Shown here: piece by piece, positions 30,601 through 38,236 of the stretch
Numbering within the stretch: position 1 is the first letter of the stretch
Layout: the number at the start of each line of letters is the position of its first letter
Source of the DNA: Syntrophales bacterium
Lineage (GTDB): Bacteria; Desulfobacterota; Syntrophia; Syntrophales; UBA2210
NCBI GenBank assembly: GCA_963666365.2
Contig: CAXXNF010000002.1
Span: 1,344,001-1,408,000, forward strand
DNA: 64,000 nucleotides
Direction: 5' to 3'
Made by a program: the position numbers and the translations under genes
Notes under the pieces: model-generated
What the model was told of the DNA's origin: nothing
What the model saw: the letters and a program-made list of their open reading frames with translations, nothing else
The model's database searches: none

Positions 30601-32358
30601 AACAACTATACGGCACAGCTGAGATTCATCCTTCCCTATCTCCGGAAGGCCGAGGCCGATCCGAACCTGACCTTTGAGATTCCCGCCAGCGTCTACAAGG
30701 AAATGTTCGGCTTCGACATGGACGGCGACGGCATCAACGATATGGATCCGCCTTCAGACCGGGTGTGCATCGACCAGGGAGACTTTTACCTCATCGACGC
30801 ACTGGCCTGTCTGATACTGGGAATCGGCGACGTATTCCACGCCTACAGCTTTCAGGGCGCCACCTTTGAGATAGCCGGCGACGTCAACAGCGATGGCTAC
30901 ATCAGCCCCGATGAGTATATGCCCCCCGCGCCCTATTACACGCTTAACGAGGGAGCGGCCGCCACACTGGCGGAAGCCAAAGAATTTCTGATAACCGCAG
31001 TGAACAAGGCGGACAGGGGAATCGGCCTGACGCTGGCCGAAACGGAGGATTATTATGAGATCCTGCCGGTAAACACGGATCCCGATTTCAGGGGCTTCAT
31101 GCAATCACTGCGAAGCAGCAGCACCTATGTGGATCTGAATGACCTGAAAGGGATGATCAACGGAGTGTACACCTTCGATCTCTCGAAGGGACCCTTCTAT
31201 CTGGCAGGGCAGTCCATCCGGGTCGATGCGATGAAGTTTTTCGACAATCCGCAGGACCTGCGGGATTACCTCCCCGAAATCAAGATCAGCGACGGGAGCA
31301 TGGCCTATCGCACTGATCCTGTGCTCGGAGGAAACATCCCCGACGGAAATCTGGCGGATGTCCTCAATTACGCCCTCGGCATTTCAACACTGACGGGCAT
31401 CCCGATTATAGAATCGCTTGCACCGGCGGCAGTCGCCCTGGGAGGCACGGTCACGATCACCGGCGAGGGGTTCGGCGAATCACAGGGGACCAGCGCCATC
31501 AGCGTGGCAAACCGGCCTGTACCCGCTACTGCCGTAACGTCGTGGTCCGATACGGAAATCCGTTTCACTGTACCTTCGGATATTATCTCGGGACGGCTCG
31601 TCGTAACTGTGGGGACACTGAGAAGCAACTCCCTGCGACTGGAAATCTCGGGCATGACCGTGGATAATTTCGACGAGGTCGCCTTCGCCGAGATGGCCGG
31701 CACTCCCCCGACCATTATCAACTCAGGCCTCTTCGTATACGATATCTACGACACATCCGATCCGAGCGGCGCCAGCCAGTCCGACTGGAGGATCGAAAAC
31801 GGATACCTCAAGGAGGGGAGCGATATATACAGTACCGGAGGCTCCCTGGATCCCAATGACAATCGTGCCAGGGGAAGCAACCTGGTCATGCAGCGGGGTT
31901 TCTTTTCGGATCTTGTGCTGACCGTCGGGTTCGGAAGCGCCACAGGATGGACAGCCGGTTCTGACAATGACGGCATTGGCGTGCTGTTCAGGTATCAGGA
32001 CGAAAACAACTTTTATCGCCTTATGAGCGTACGCGACGATTACTGGGATCACGGGCCCTGGACTCGTCTGGAAAAATGGGTGGATGGCGAACTGACGGTG
32101 CTCGCCCTTTCTCAAGATGCGGCCGACGTATTTCAAAGCGTTGCCAATGACGAGATGGACACAGGCGACATCAATGAATTCAGGATCGAGGCAAACGGAA
32201 GCAATATAAAGGCCTATCTGAAAATTTTCAAGGATGGCGTCTGGGGTATAGAACGGCTGATATTCGATGTCACCGACGCCCAGTTTTCATCAGGCAGAAT
32301 AGGTGTCTCCACCTATGCCATGTGGTGGGCCTACATTGACTATATCGCCATACAGTAA
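24649..32358 (+). CDS. Giant PPC-repeat protein, C-terminal part (10.5 PPC-like repeats, PKD, 2 putative Ig, FN3-like, choice-of-anchor D/ASH-like, dockerin-like, TPR-like, IPT/TIG, lectin-like); probably one frameshifted gene with the upstream ORF
   Basis: Starts mid-repeat with no signal peptide; GLPPGATFDPATRTFNWTP x2; YYLRAYAVN; FTVRNTGNADL; GDVSADGVVDLADAI...ADVNGDGRIGLQEA; SWSDTEI; DNDGIGVLFRYQD. Confidence 0.85.
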   Translation: MRTSLGMYTANADWAYVTASANDPGDPVTLTWNIDEPGDYFIKIDDSNNNEGAQYTLSATLQIAPDPYEPNQDPTHAASVKIGDMIQAYIFPGGDQDWYKVALATPGTLHMSLTNMPDNLSGQITVYDRNTSYTYVYSYAQNDGDNVYLDYNVTAPGTYFIKIHDTGNDFNAQATYTFSTGFDAAPDPYEPNDDYWHSTPLTQSPVQAYIFPNGDYDRYKFYAESGAELVITVDETPDNLRPQLQLYNDNLRYMYEQATTDVEGAPVTLTYTAEYTGYYYLLVRDRDGDWSSTQTYRLSVTGADLSYQPSGTPQTAEVEPNNEFRNATLIAAGTTTGTFSGDEDWYRFEVTERTRLTLALSSPATVRSAIRLYNANYSERASRYAENAGDFSRFSFDIDEPGIWYVRIYAEDDTVSAESYELQITLDAAPDPYEPNPDYAQATPLAFGEPVQAYIFPAGDQDWFRMEIPEPGVFHFALDNVPPGVEISMALNNQDNSHLFSKESLNYGTPLEETYVAEEAGDYYLRIYDRGNDETSVAPYTLTATFTPFIDPWEWNNNFGYATAMNEDNQISGFIYPENDEDWYTFMVDQAGILTIQLAETEGIRPRMWLYTDSKDYLTEMTATERGDDLLMTCEVTVPDRYYLRIRSEDGVHSMTPYVLNIRGGAFGDYYPMAAIDDMTPNPAIIAEPVTLTGSGFDEDGTIVAYEWVSDRDGALGNDSEAVLSTLTEGAHRISLRVQDNSGHWSGWVHKHLYVTDRIVTEAEYNDDIEQAYPVPLSTWITGRIYPRNEDDFYKIYLEQRGYLTTLVDAVPADMRAAIAFYDGNGDYMYRNASANNFGDWFYRSDFLEAGWYYVRVDDRDGRSYDRTYGIRFDFTAAQDIHEPNDDAASATPIPATHVVSDARICRQGDEDWYRITVDTVGKLALSITQAPPEMRGQITIYDSNIGYTYVYEDAYHGGEDVFLDYDITLPGTYYIRIHDHGNEAHTAPYTFTSRFTPVDDVYEYNDDAGHATLMPQSAVDAFIFPRGDEDWYRIYAGQDDVLSMAVTGTPADMRAGITIYGRDINYTYTNETANNDGDNVYLTYTVPSDGFYYIRVRDDNGRSHVASYRFTVEGGTVNYEPPFAPATTEQEPNGAFSEATDIALDTNISGAIDPGNDYDWYRFYINAPGIVTISHTGIPADVKSEMWIYNRDYSQTDYRITTETGVDNVLVTTVNEGGYYYIRLRDNTGTGSTSAYTLRVTHQAVVDGYEPNDNFGSATPLGQGTVQGYLFDDDDEDWYRIYVRDAATLSISLDVVPEDLRPWVALLDNNKSQLATYVNTNPGVGGENVIVRDAPEPGFYYVRVVDEDNGYSASPYTLRITGADFSQAPLLAPIGDRTIDETMAYAFTVDATDPDNPQDLVFSATGLPPGATFDPATRTFNWTPARGQSGVYPGIHFEVSDGTYSDSEDITVTVAALSRPPVLSPIGNRTVSVGTHLSFQISGADPDTGDVLTYSADGLPSGATFDPATRTFNWTPTENQTGLHDGILFEVTDGSWTDFEYIDIEVTAVAPTVITGDVSDISETGADAGGEVVSDGGADITERGVVYALHGAPTTDDLTVTTSWAGTGTFNVTLQGLAPATLYYLRAYAVNDAGVAYGEERIFTTLAPTAPIITISPESHDFGAVPQGTESPGQVFTVRNTGNADLVIDTVRLTGANADEFALHNDSCSGRTIASGETGAIEVVFAPTSPGAKGASLSLPSNDPRNQTLLVPLTGEGLEEAILKGDVSADGVVDLADAILTLQIVTDGSPAATIEVRADVNGDGRIGLQEALYILREVSSNSGGVSEEEKQLAIQKVTEAMPIIETGDFTAARAKFEEALAADPGNTKANAGYYLSAVGENAPVFQNMMQDLSASLQANDLSSGYSLMLQTFNLFDRLPFFSLSTTREGASVQSVKTPLAAYEIDIDLEIPNSLKELVLRVTKGVPLIDTSYFAAMNSAKTLLNNYTAQLRFILPYLRKAEADPNLTFEIPASVYKEMFGFDMDGDGINDMDPPSDRVCIDQGDFYLIDALACLILGIGDVFHAYSFQGATFEIAGDVNSDGYISPDEYMPPAPYYTLNEGAAATLAEAKEFLITAVNKADRGIGLTLAETEDYYEILPVNTDPDFRGFMQSLRSSSTYVDLNDLKGMINGVYTFDLSKGPFYLAGQSIRVDAMKFFDNPQDLRDYLPEIKISDGSMAYRTDPVLGGNIPDGNLADVLNYALGISTLTGIPIIESLAPAAVALGGTVTITGEGFGESQGTSAISVANRPVPATAVTSWSDTEIRFTVPSDIISGRLVVTVGTLRSNSLRLEISGMTVDNFDEVAFAEMAGTPPTIINSGLFVYDIYDTSDPSGASQSDWRIENGYLKEGSDIYSTGGSLDPNDNRARGSNLVMQRGFFSDLVLTVGFGSATGWTAGSDNDGIGVLFRYQDENNFYRLMSVRDDYWDHGPWTRLEKWVDGELTVLALSQDAADVFQSVANDEMDTGDINEFRIEANGSNIKAYLKIFKDGVWGIERLIFDVTDAQFSSGRIGVSTYAMWWAYIDYIAIQ

Positions 32359-32362
32359 ATAA

Positions 32363-32408
32363 AGGGACACTTCCCTGTTTAATTTCAATTAAACAGGGAA
32401 GTGTCCCT
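32363..32408. repeat. REP/REPIN-like palindromic element, copy 3
   Basis: AGGGACACTTCCCTGTTTAATT-tc-AATTAAACAGGGAAGTGTCCCT. Confidence 0.9.
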
Positions 32409-33633
32409 GTCGCGCTTCACCGACGAGCCCGTCCACAATTGCCTGGAGCCATGCCGTCCCTTCAGCCGCTTCTTTGTCACTGAGGGATTTGATGGCGTCG
32501 ATGTAGTGTTCCCCCATTTTATTGTGAAGCACTGCAAGGAAGGCATCACGCTGTTCGGGCGCCACTTCGTCGACGGGATATTTGGAGAACAATTCTTTCA
32601 GGCGGGGCCATCCTTCGAGAAAGGCCGTTTTGTGGCGGATGAGGCCATCTTTCTTCTCACCGCCTTCGAGGATACGCTCGGCAACCTCTATGGAGCGGGG
32701 CATCTTCTCGGCAAGGGCCTCGAACCGCTTTATCCTCTCTTTCAGCGCCTTTTCAAGCACATCCAGCACGCCCGCATAGAGGGCGCGCCCGAATTCGTCC
32801 CTGAAAAAAAAGGGCTGCCGAACCGTGCGATACCACTGGCGGAGGGCAAGAAGATTGCCGACATAGAAGATATTGTTTTCTATCCTTCGCGCCACGTCGC
32901 CGTAAAAACCGAAGTGAAAGGGTGTGATCTCACCGGGGGCGTCGGCGCCCTTGACCAGCAGCCCTCCTTCCGGCAGATCCTTTCGAAAGACCGTTCCCGC
33001 CGCGATGACGGCGCCGTAGCCGATACGGGCGGGACCGACCAGACCGCCCTGCCCTCCCAGAAAAACAGGACGCTCGCGAAGCATGACGCCCCTCGGCACA
33101 TCGCCGATGAGCGACGCCGTGGCCTTGTCCTGGTTGGGGGTATAGTTGAAGTGGATATAGGAACTTCCCACCTCGCTGTGATCCTTGCGGCTGGTACCGC
33201 CGGCCATAAGACAATCGCAGAAATTAATCAGGCTTCCCAGCGTGACAAAGGGAAAGAGGATGGTCTGTTTGAGTCCCACCGTATGACTGCCGTTGGCCTC
33301 TTCTTCGAGGAGACAGGCCTCGCGCACCTGGGCGCCGCAGGCCATGTTCGCCCCGTCGAGAAAGACCGATTCCTTAAAATAGCCCCCTTTCAATTCCACG
33401 TCCCGCCCCAGCAGGCAGTTGTCGACAGTGGCGGGGGCTTCCTTCCCCACTTTTGACCCTGCTGAAATTAAGGTCTTTTTCCCGAAGAGTTTTGTCCCGC
33501 TGTGCAGGACTACCCCATCATCGGAAATTCTCTCGATATCCACATCCCCGCCGATTTCCACACTATGAGGAGCGGGAATGGACACCCCTCGCTCCATAAG
33601 TATCCGTACCTTTTCCGATAATCCTTCTGCCAC
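32389..33633 (-). CDS. GlmU C-terminal-like (left-handed beta-helix acetyltransferase) protein lacking a uridyltransferase domain
   Basis: LMERGVSI..P, AQVREAC, VGLKQT, GSLINFCD, FNYTP..DK, IGD; helical C-terminal extension. Confidence 0.7.
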   Translation of the reverse strand: MAEGLSEKVRILMERGVSIPAPHSVEIGGDVDIERISDDGVVLHSGTKLFGKKTLISAGSKVGKEAPATVDNCLLGRDVELKGGYFKESVFLDGANMACGAQVREACLLEEEANGSHTVGLKQTILFPFVTLGSLINFCDCLMAGGTSRKDHSEVGSSYIHFNYTPNQDKATASLIGDVPRGVMLRERPVFLGGQGGLVGPARIGYGAVIAAGTVFRKDLPEGGLLVKGADAPGEITPFHFGFYGDVARRIENNIFYVGNLLALRQWYRTVRQPFFFRDEFGRALYAGVLDVLEKALKERIKRFEALAEKMPRSIEVAERILEGGEKKDGLIRHKTAFLEGWPRLKELFSKYPVDEVAPEQRDAFLAVLHNKMGEHYIDAIKSLSDKEAAEGTAWLQAIVDGLVGEARQGHFPV

Positions 33634-33656
33634 TGTTCTTTCACGCCTCCTTAGGG

Positions 33657-33729
33657 AAAAAATAGGAACAGGCTCCTATTTTGCCGTTTATTAATTGTGA
33701 GAAAAAAATAGGGAAGTGTCCCTATTTTT
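33657..33729. repeat. REP/REPIN-like element, copy 4 (one canonical and one diverged arm)
   Basis: AAATAGGAACAGGCTCCTATTT...AAATAGGGAAGTGTCCCTATTT; includes the mnmG stop. Confidence 0.75.
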
Positions 33730-35608
33730 GCTGCTGTTGTTCCAACTCACGTTTTTTTGCATAGATCAGCACGGCGGTAAGGGCCGCCTGGGTCATTCCC
33801 GGGATTCTCTGCGCCTGCCCGATGGAAACCGGCTGTACATCGGAAAGCTTCTTAATCAGCTCGTTCGAAAGGCTGGGGATGCCGCGGTAGTCCATTCCGG
33901 GGGGAATCAGTTTTTGCTCCAGGCTTTTGAATTTTTGTACATCCTCTTCCTGGCGCTTGATGTAGCCCTCGTACTTGGCTTCAATCTCGATCTGCCGCTT
34001 CACTTCCGGATCATCGATATCTTCCCATCCGTCAAAGGCATCAAGATCCGGATAATGCACTTCATTTCGCTTGAGCAGCTGGTAGAGCGTAATGGCGTTT
34101 TTTATGGGGGTCGTATGCATCTGTTCCAGCAGGTGATTTGTCTCGGGAACGGGGTAAATTCTCTTCGTCGAAAGCCCGGCGATCCCTTCCTTGATCTTTT
34201 CGGCTCTCTCTTCGATCTCTCGGCAATACTCCGGCGATACAAGGCCAAGTTCGCAACCCCTTCGCGAAAGCCGGATCGTGGCGTTGTCCTCGCGAAGTAT
34301 CAGGCGGTATTCGGCCCGGGAGGTAAACATGCGATAGGGTTCGTCGACGCCCCGGGTAATCAGATCGTCGATCATGACGGCCATGTAGGCCTCCGACCGG
34401 TCGAGTATGAAGGGAGGGCGCTCCTGAACCGCCAGCGCCGCATTCGTTCCGGCCCACAGTCCCTGGGCGGCGGCTTCCTCATACCCCGAGGTGCCGTTGG
34501 TCTGGCCGGCCAGGTAGAGCCCCTTTATCTTTTTTGTTTCCAGGGTACGGGTCAGCTGTGTCGGCTGGACGTAGTCGTATTCGATGGCATAGGCGTTCCG
34601 CATGATCTGGGCCGCTTCCAGACCGGGAACCGAACGGACCAGTTGCTCCTGGAGTTCCAGGGGAAGGCTGTTGCCCAGTCCCTTTGCATAGATCTCCTCC
34701 GTGTCGAGACCCTCGTACTCCAGAACCACTGGATGGGACGCTTTGTCGGCAAAGCGCATCACTTTATCTTCCAGCGAAGGGCAGTAGCGCGCGCTCACCC
34801 CCTTGATCGCCCCCGAATAGAGCGGGGATAGACGGATGTTATTCTGAATGATCCGGTGCGTTTCCGCACTGGTGGCGCTAAAATAGGAAGGAAGCCGCTC
34901 TTCCCGAAGCCGCTCGGTGGCATAGGAAAAGGGGCGCGGATCGGGATCGCTGTCCTGCCGCTCCAGGACGGAGAAATCGATTGTCGAGGCCCGAAGTCGC
35001 GGCGGCGTCCCGGTTTTCATGCGGCCGATCTCAAAGCCGAGGTCTCGAAGATTTTCCGCGAGTTTGATCGAGGCAATCTCACCGGCCCGTCCCGCCGGCT
35101 GTAGCGATCGCCCGATGTGAATCAGTCCGTTGAGAAAGGTACCCGCCGTAATGATCACGGTTTTTCCGGAAAAGAAAAAACCCGTGCTGTCAATGACCCC
35201 AGTGATGCGACCCCCTTCGACCGCCAGCTCATCCACAAGGCCCTGTCGCAGAAAAAGATTTTTCTGTTTCTCCACTACCGCTTTCATGGCAAGCCGGTAG
35301 AGCTGCTTGTCGCACTGGCACCGCGACGACTGCACGGCTGGGCCCTTGGACCGGTTCAGCAGGCGGAAGTGGCAGGCCGTTTTGTCGGCAATCTTTGCCA
35401 TCTCGCCGCCCAATGCATCCACTTCTTTGACGAGCTGTCCCTTGCCCAGACCGCCGATGGCGGGATTGCAGGACATGAGCGCAATCGAATCGAGGTTGAT
35501 GTTGAAAAGCAGGGTGCTGCACCCCATCCGCGCGGCAGCCAGTGCTGCTTCGCAGCCGGCGTGGCCTGCGCCGACCACTATGACGTCATATTTATGAGAA
35601 GTATTCAT
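33722..35608 (-). CDS. mnmG: tRNA uridine-5-carboxymethylaminomethyl(34) synthesis enzyme
   Basis: GAGHAGCEAA, MSCNPAIGG, KTGTPPR, RYCPSLEDK, YAIEYD, GYEEAAAQG, EPYRMFTSRAE. Confidence 0.98.
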   Translation of the reverse strand: MNTSHKYDVIVVGAGHAGCEAALAAARMGCSTLLFNINLDSIALMSCNPAIGGLGKGQLVKEVDALGGEMAKIADKTACHFRLLNRSKGPAVQSSRCQCDKQLYRLAMKAVVEKQKNLFLRQGLVDELAVEGGRITGVIDSTGFFFSGKTVIITAGTFLNGLIHIGRSLQPAGRAGEIASIKLAENLRDLGFEIGRMKTGTPPRLRASTIDFSVLERQDSDPDPRPFSYATERLREERLPSYFSATSAETHRIIQNNIRLSPLYSGAIKGVSARYCPSLEDKVMRFADKASHPVVLEYEGLDTEEIYAKGLGNSLPLELQEQLVRSVPGLEAAQIMRNAYAIEYDYVQPTQLTRTLETKKIKGLYLAGQTNGTSGYEEAAAQGLWAGTNAALAVQERPPFILDRSEAYMAVMIDDLITRGVDEPYRMFTSRAEYRLILREDNATIRLSRRGCELGLVSPEYCREIEERAEKIKEGIAGLSTKRIYPVPETNHLLEQMHTTPIKNAITLYQLLKRNEVHYPDLDAFDGWEDIDDPEVKRQIEIEAKYEGYIKRQEEDVQKFKSLEQKLIPPGMDYRGIPSLSNELIKKLSDVQPVSIGQAQRIPGMTQAALTAVLIYAKKRELEQQQQK

Positions 35609-35693
35609 TGGTTACTGCTTCATTTTTTGTCACTTGAATTAAGTTGAGTAGTTTAATATCATCCCCTTTTAAAAGACAAGAAGAAAATGGGTA

Positions 35694-36623
35694 ATGAAAC
35701 CTGAATTCTGGAACAACACAAAACGGTATTACGATCTGAAGAGTTATTTTATCAACACCTTCGGCTGCAAGGTCTATAAGATCCAGATCGACGCCGGATT
35801 CACCTGTCCCAACCGCGACGGCACGCTCGCCAGGGGAGGCTGCAGCTATTGTGACGGCAGGTATTCCAGACTTCGGCAGGCGGGACCGCTTCCTACGGTC
35901 ACGCAGCAGATCGAAGCGGGAAAGGCATTGTACAGCCGGCTGCGAGGCGCAAAAAAATTCATCGCCTATTTTCAGACGGCCTCCAACACTTACGGCCCCT
36001 ACGGGCATCTTAAATCGCTCTATGACGAGGCCCTCTCCCGGGACGATATCATCGGCCTGGCCGTGGGTACCCGTCCCGACTGTATCAGCAATGCCGTGCT
36101 TGATCTTTTCCAGAACTACGCCAGTGAGTATCACATCTGGCTTGAATACGGTCTTCAGTCAATTCATGATCGCACGCTTTCGTTTATCAACCGGGGGCAT
36201 ACGGCGGCGGCGTTTCTCAATGCCGTTGACAGGACGGCGGGACGGGGAATCAATATCTGTGTTCACAGTATTGTGGGGCTGCCCGGCGAAAGCCGCGACG
36301 ACATGCTCGAAACAGCCCGTACCATCGCCCGGCTTCCCATCGACGGCATCAAGATCCATCTGCTCCTGGCGCTTAAGGGAACAGTGATGGGCGATCTCTA
36401 TGAAGCAGGAAAAATCTCCATGATAACAAAGGAGGAGTATGTCGCCACCGTGGCGGACATTCTTGAGATACTTCCTCCTTCCATGGTGGTGCAGCGTCTC
36501 ACCGCCGACGGATACCGCGATATCTATCTTGCTCCGGAATGGGGAAAAAACAAGCTGGACGTCCTCAATTCCATCGACCGCGAGTTGGAACGGCGCGGCG
36601 CCTGGCAGGGAAGCAAACATTAG
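35694..36623 (+). CDS. TIGR01212 family radical SAM protein (YhcC/YtqA-MnmL-like)
   Basis: GFTCPNRDG...GGCSYC, IAYFQ..SNTY, GTRPDC, EYGLQS, INRGH, GIKIH. Confidence 0.92.
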   Translation: MKPEFWNNTKRYYDLKSYFINTFGCKVYKIQIDAGFTCPNRDGTLARGGCSYCDGRYSRLRQAGPLPTVTQQIEAGKALYSRLRGAKKFIAYFQTASNTYGPYGHLKSLYDEALSRDDIIGLAVGTRPDCISNAVLDLFQNYASEYHIWLEYGLQSIHDRTLSFINRGHTAAAFLNAVDRTAGRGINICVHSIVGLPGESRDDMLETARTIARLPIDGIKIHLLLALKGTVMGDLYEAGKISMITKEEYVATVADILEILPPSMVVQRLTADGYRDIYLAPEWGKNKLDVLNSIDRELERRGAWQGSKH

Positions 36624-36701
36624 ATAGGGACACTTCCCTATTTAACTTTCTGAACTGGGAGCAGAAACTTAGGACTTGAAATTAAATAGGGAAGTGTCCC
36701 T
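36624..36701. repeat. REP/REPIN-like element, copy 5 (long spacer)
   Basis: ATAGGGACACTTCCCTATTTAA-~36 nt-TTAAATAGGGAAGTGTCCCT. Confidence 0.85.
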
Positions 36702-36713
36702 GATGTATAAATA

Positions 36714-38090
36714 ATGAAACCACACATTCTCTCCAAATTACAGACTGCAGGAGAAAATTTCCATGACCTTTATTTCAGGCATGTAAGACGGACGGCGTCC
36801 TATCAATTGATGCCTGCACGACAGGAAGAATTTGAGAAGATTGCAACCGGCCTTATCAATAGTTTATATCCCGTCGATTCTCGAGATTTCTCACCGGACA
36901 ATGCCGTTTTCAAAGAGGGAGGGCCTTATGACGTATTTCTTCGACAGGAAGTCCGGCGATACAGGGACACAGGGTCCTCTCTGGAAGCCCTGCTGGACCT
37001 TTTCAAAACTGTGGTACAGTCCCTGGAACATTGCATTGTCGAACTTGAAGCGCCGGCACAAGAGATTACTGCTGTACTCGTGACCTTGCGAAGACACACT
37101 GATGGTATTGAGAAAAGGCTCGTCGCCGATTGGGGGACCTCAGAAATACCCCATGAGATTGGAAAGCTGAAGCAGTCATACCCATATATGAAGGATCGTC
37201 TCCCCTGTGAACGGGGGACATCAGAACGCCCCCGCGCTCAGACAAATCAGGAAAAGCTGCAAGGCGCAATCTTTCAATCGGTTGGTGAAGGCATTCTGCT
37301 TGTCGATGAGGATCTTGAAATCATCAATGCAAATCAGCGTGCAGCCGAAATTTACGGCATCCCCCCGCAAAATCTGATCGGAATGGATGTGCACATGTTG
37401 TCCGATGAAGCGGGATGGCGAGAACTTGCAGGCATTTTTGATGAACTGGTGGAGGGCCAACGACTCAGTGCCGAGATTGCGGGAATTTATGTTGACGGCA
37501 GAATTATCCCTACTTTCACGACTGTCACGCGCATTGATTATGACGGAAAAAAATTCTGGACCATTATCGTTCATGACACTACCGAGCGCAAAATGATGGA
37601 AACACGGCTTCTTGAGGAAAAACGACAGACCGAAGAAATGAATGTAACCCTCAAAAATGTACTCAATGCCATAGAAAAAGATCGGAGAGATTTTGAAAAC
37701 CGGTTGTCGGCAAGAATCAGGACTGTGATTTTGCCGGCCCTGCAAAAGGCGGAAAGAGAATCCGATGACTATATAAGAAATAATTACCTGCAGCTCCTCG
37801 GTCATGAGCTCGTTGCCCTGACGTCGGGATTCGACACCGAACTGGATGCAGGACTGATCAAGTTGACAAAAACCGAATTGGCCGTATGTCGTCTCATTCA
37901 GGCGGGATGCGCCAGCAAGGAAATATGCGAGGCCATGAATCTTTCTTTTGAAACAATCCTCACACACAGGAAGAATATACGCAGAAAATTGAATCTGCGC
38001 GGAAGAAAGGTGAATCTCCAGGCCTTTCTCTCCGACCGCGTTGTGGAAACCCACAAAGAGAAGGTCGCTGATGATACAGAAAGGGAATAA
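36714..38090 (+). CDS. PAS-domain LuxR-family transcriptional regulator
   Basis: IFQSVGEGILLVD...ANQRAAEIYG (PAS), coiled coil, LTKTELAVC...SKEI...LSFETILTHRKNIRRKL (LuxR HTH). Confidence 0.88.
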   Translation: MKPHILSKLQTAGENFHDLYFRHVRRTASYQLMPARQEEFEKIATGLINSLYPVDSRDFSPDNAVFKEGGPYDVFLRQEVRRYRDTGSSLEALLDLFKTVVQSLEHCIVELEAPAQEITAVLVTLRRHTDGIEKRLVADWGTSEIPHEIGKLKQSYPYMKDRLPCERGTSERPRAQTNQEKLQGAIFQSVGEGILLVDEDLEIINANQRAAEIYGIPPQNLIGMDVHMLSDEAGWRELAGIFDELVEGQRLSAEIAGIYVDGRIIPTFTTVTRIDYDGKKFWTIIVHDTTERKMMETRLLEEKRQTEEMNVTLKNVLNAIEKDRRDFENRLSARIRTVILPALQKAERESDDYIRNNYLQLLGHELVALTSGFDTELDAGLIKLTKTELAVCRLIQAGCASKEICEAMNLSFETILTHRKNIRRKLNLRGRKVNLQAFLSDRVVETHKEKVADDTERE

Positions 38091-38236
38091 GCGAGGATCG
38101 GTCGACGAAAGTTTGAGCAGTCTCTCTTTACAGTAACCGTTATTTGGGATATAGGCGTGAAAAAATTGTGAAGGGATATATCGGGAAGCATTCTTGAACA
38201 CCATTATGAAAAAGAACGGAGCTGACGAATAGGGAT

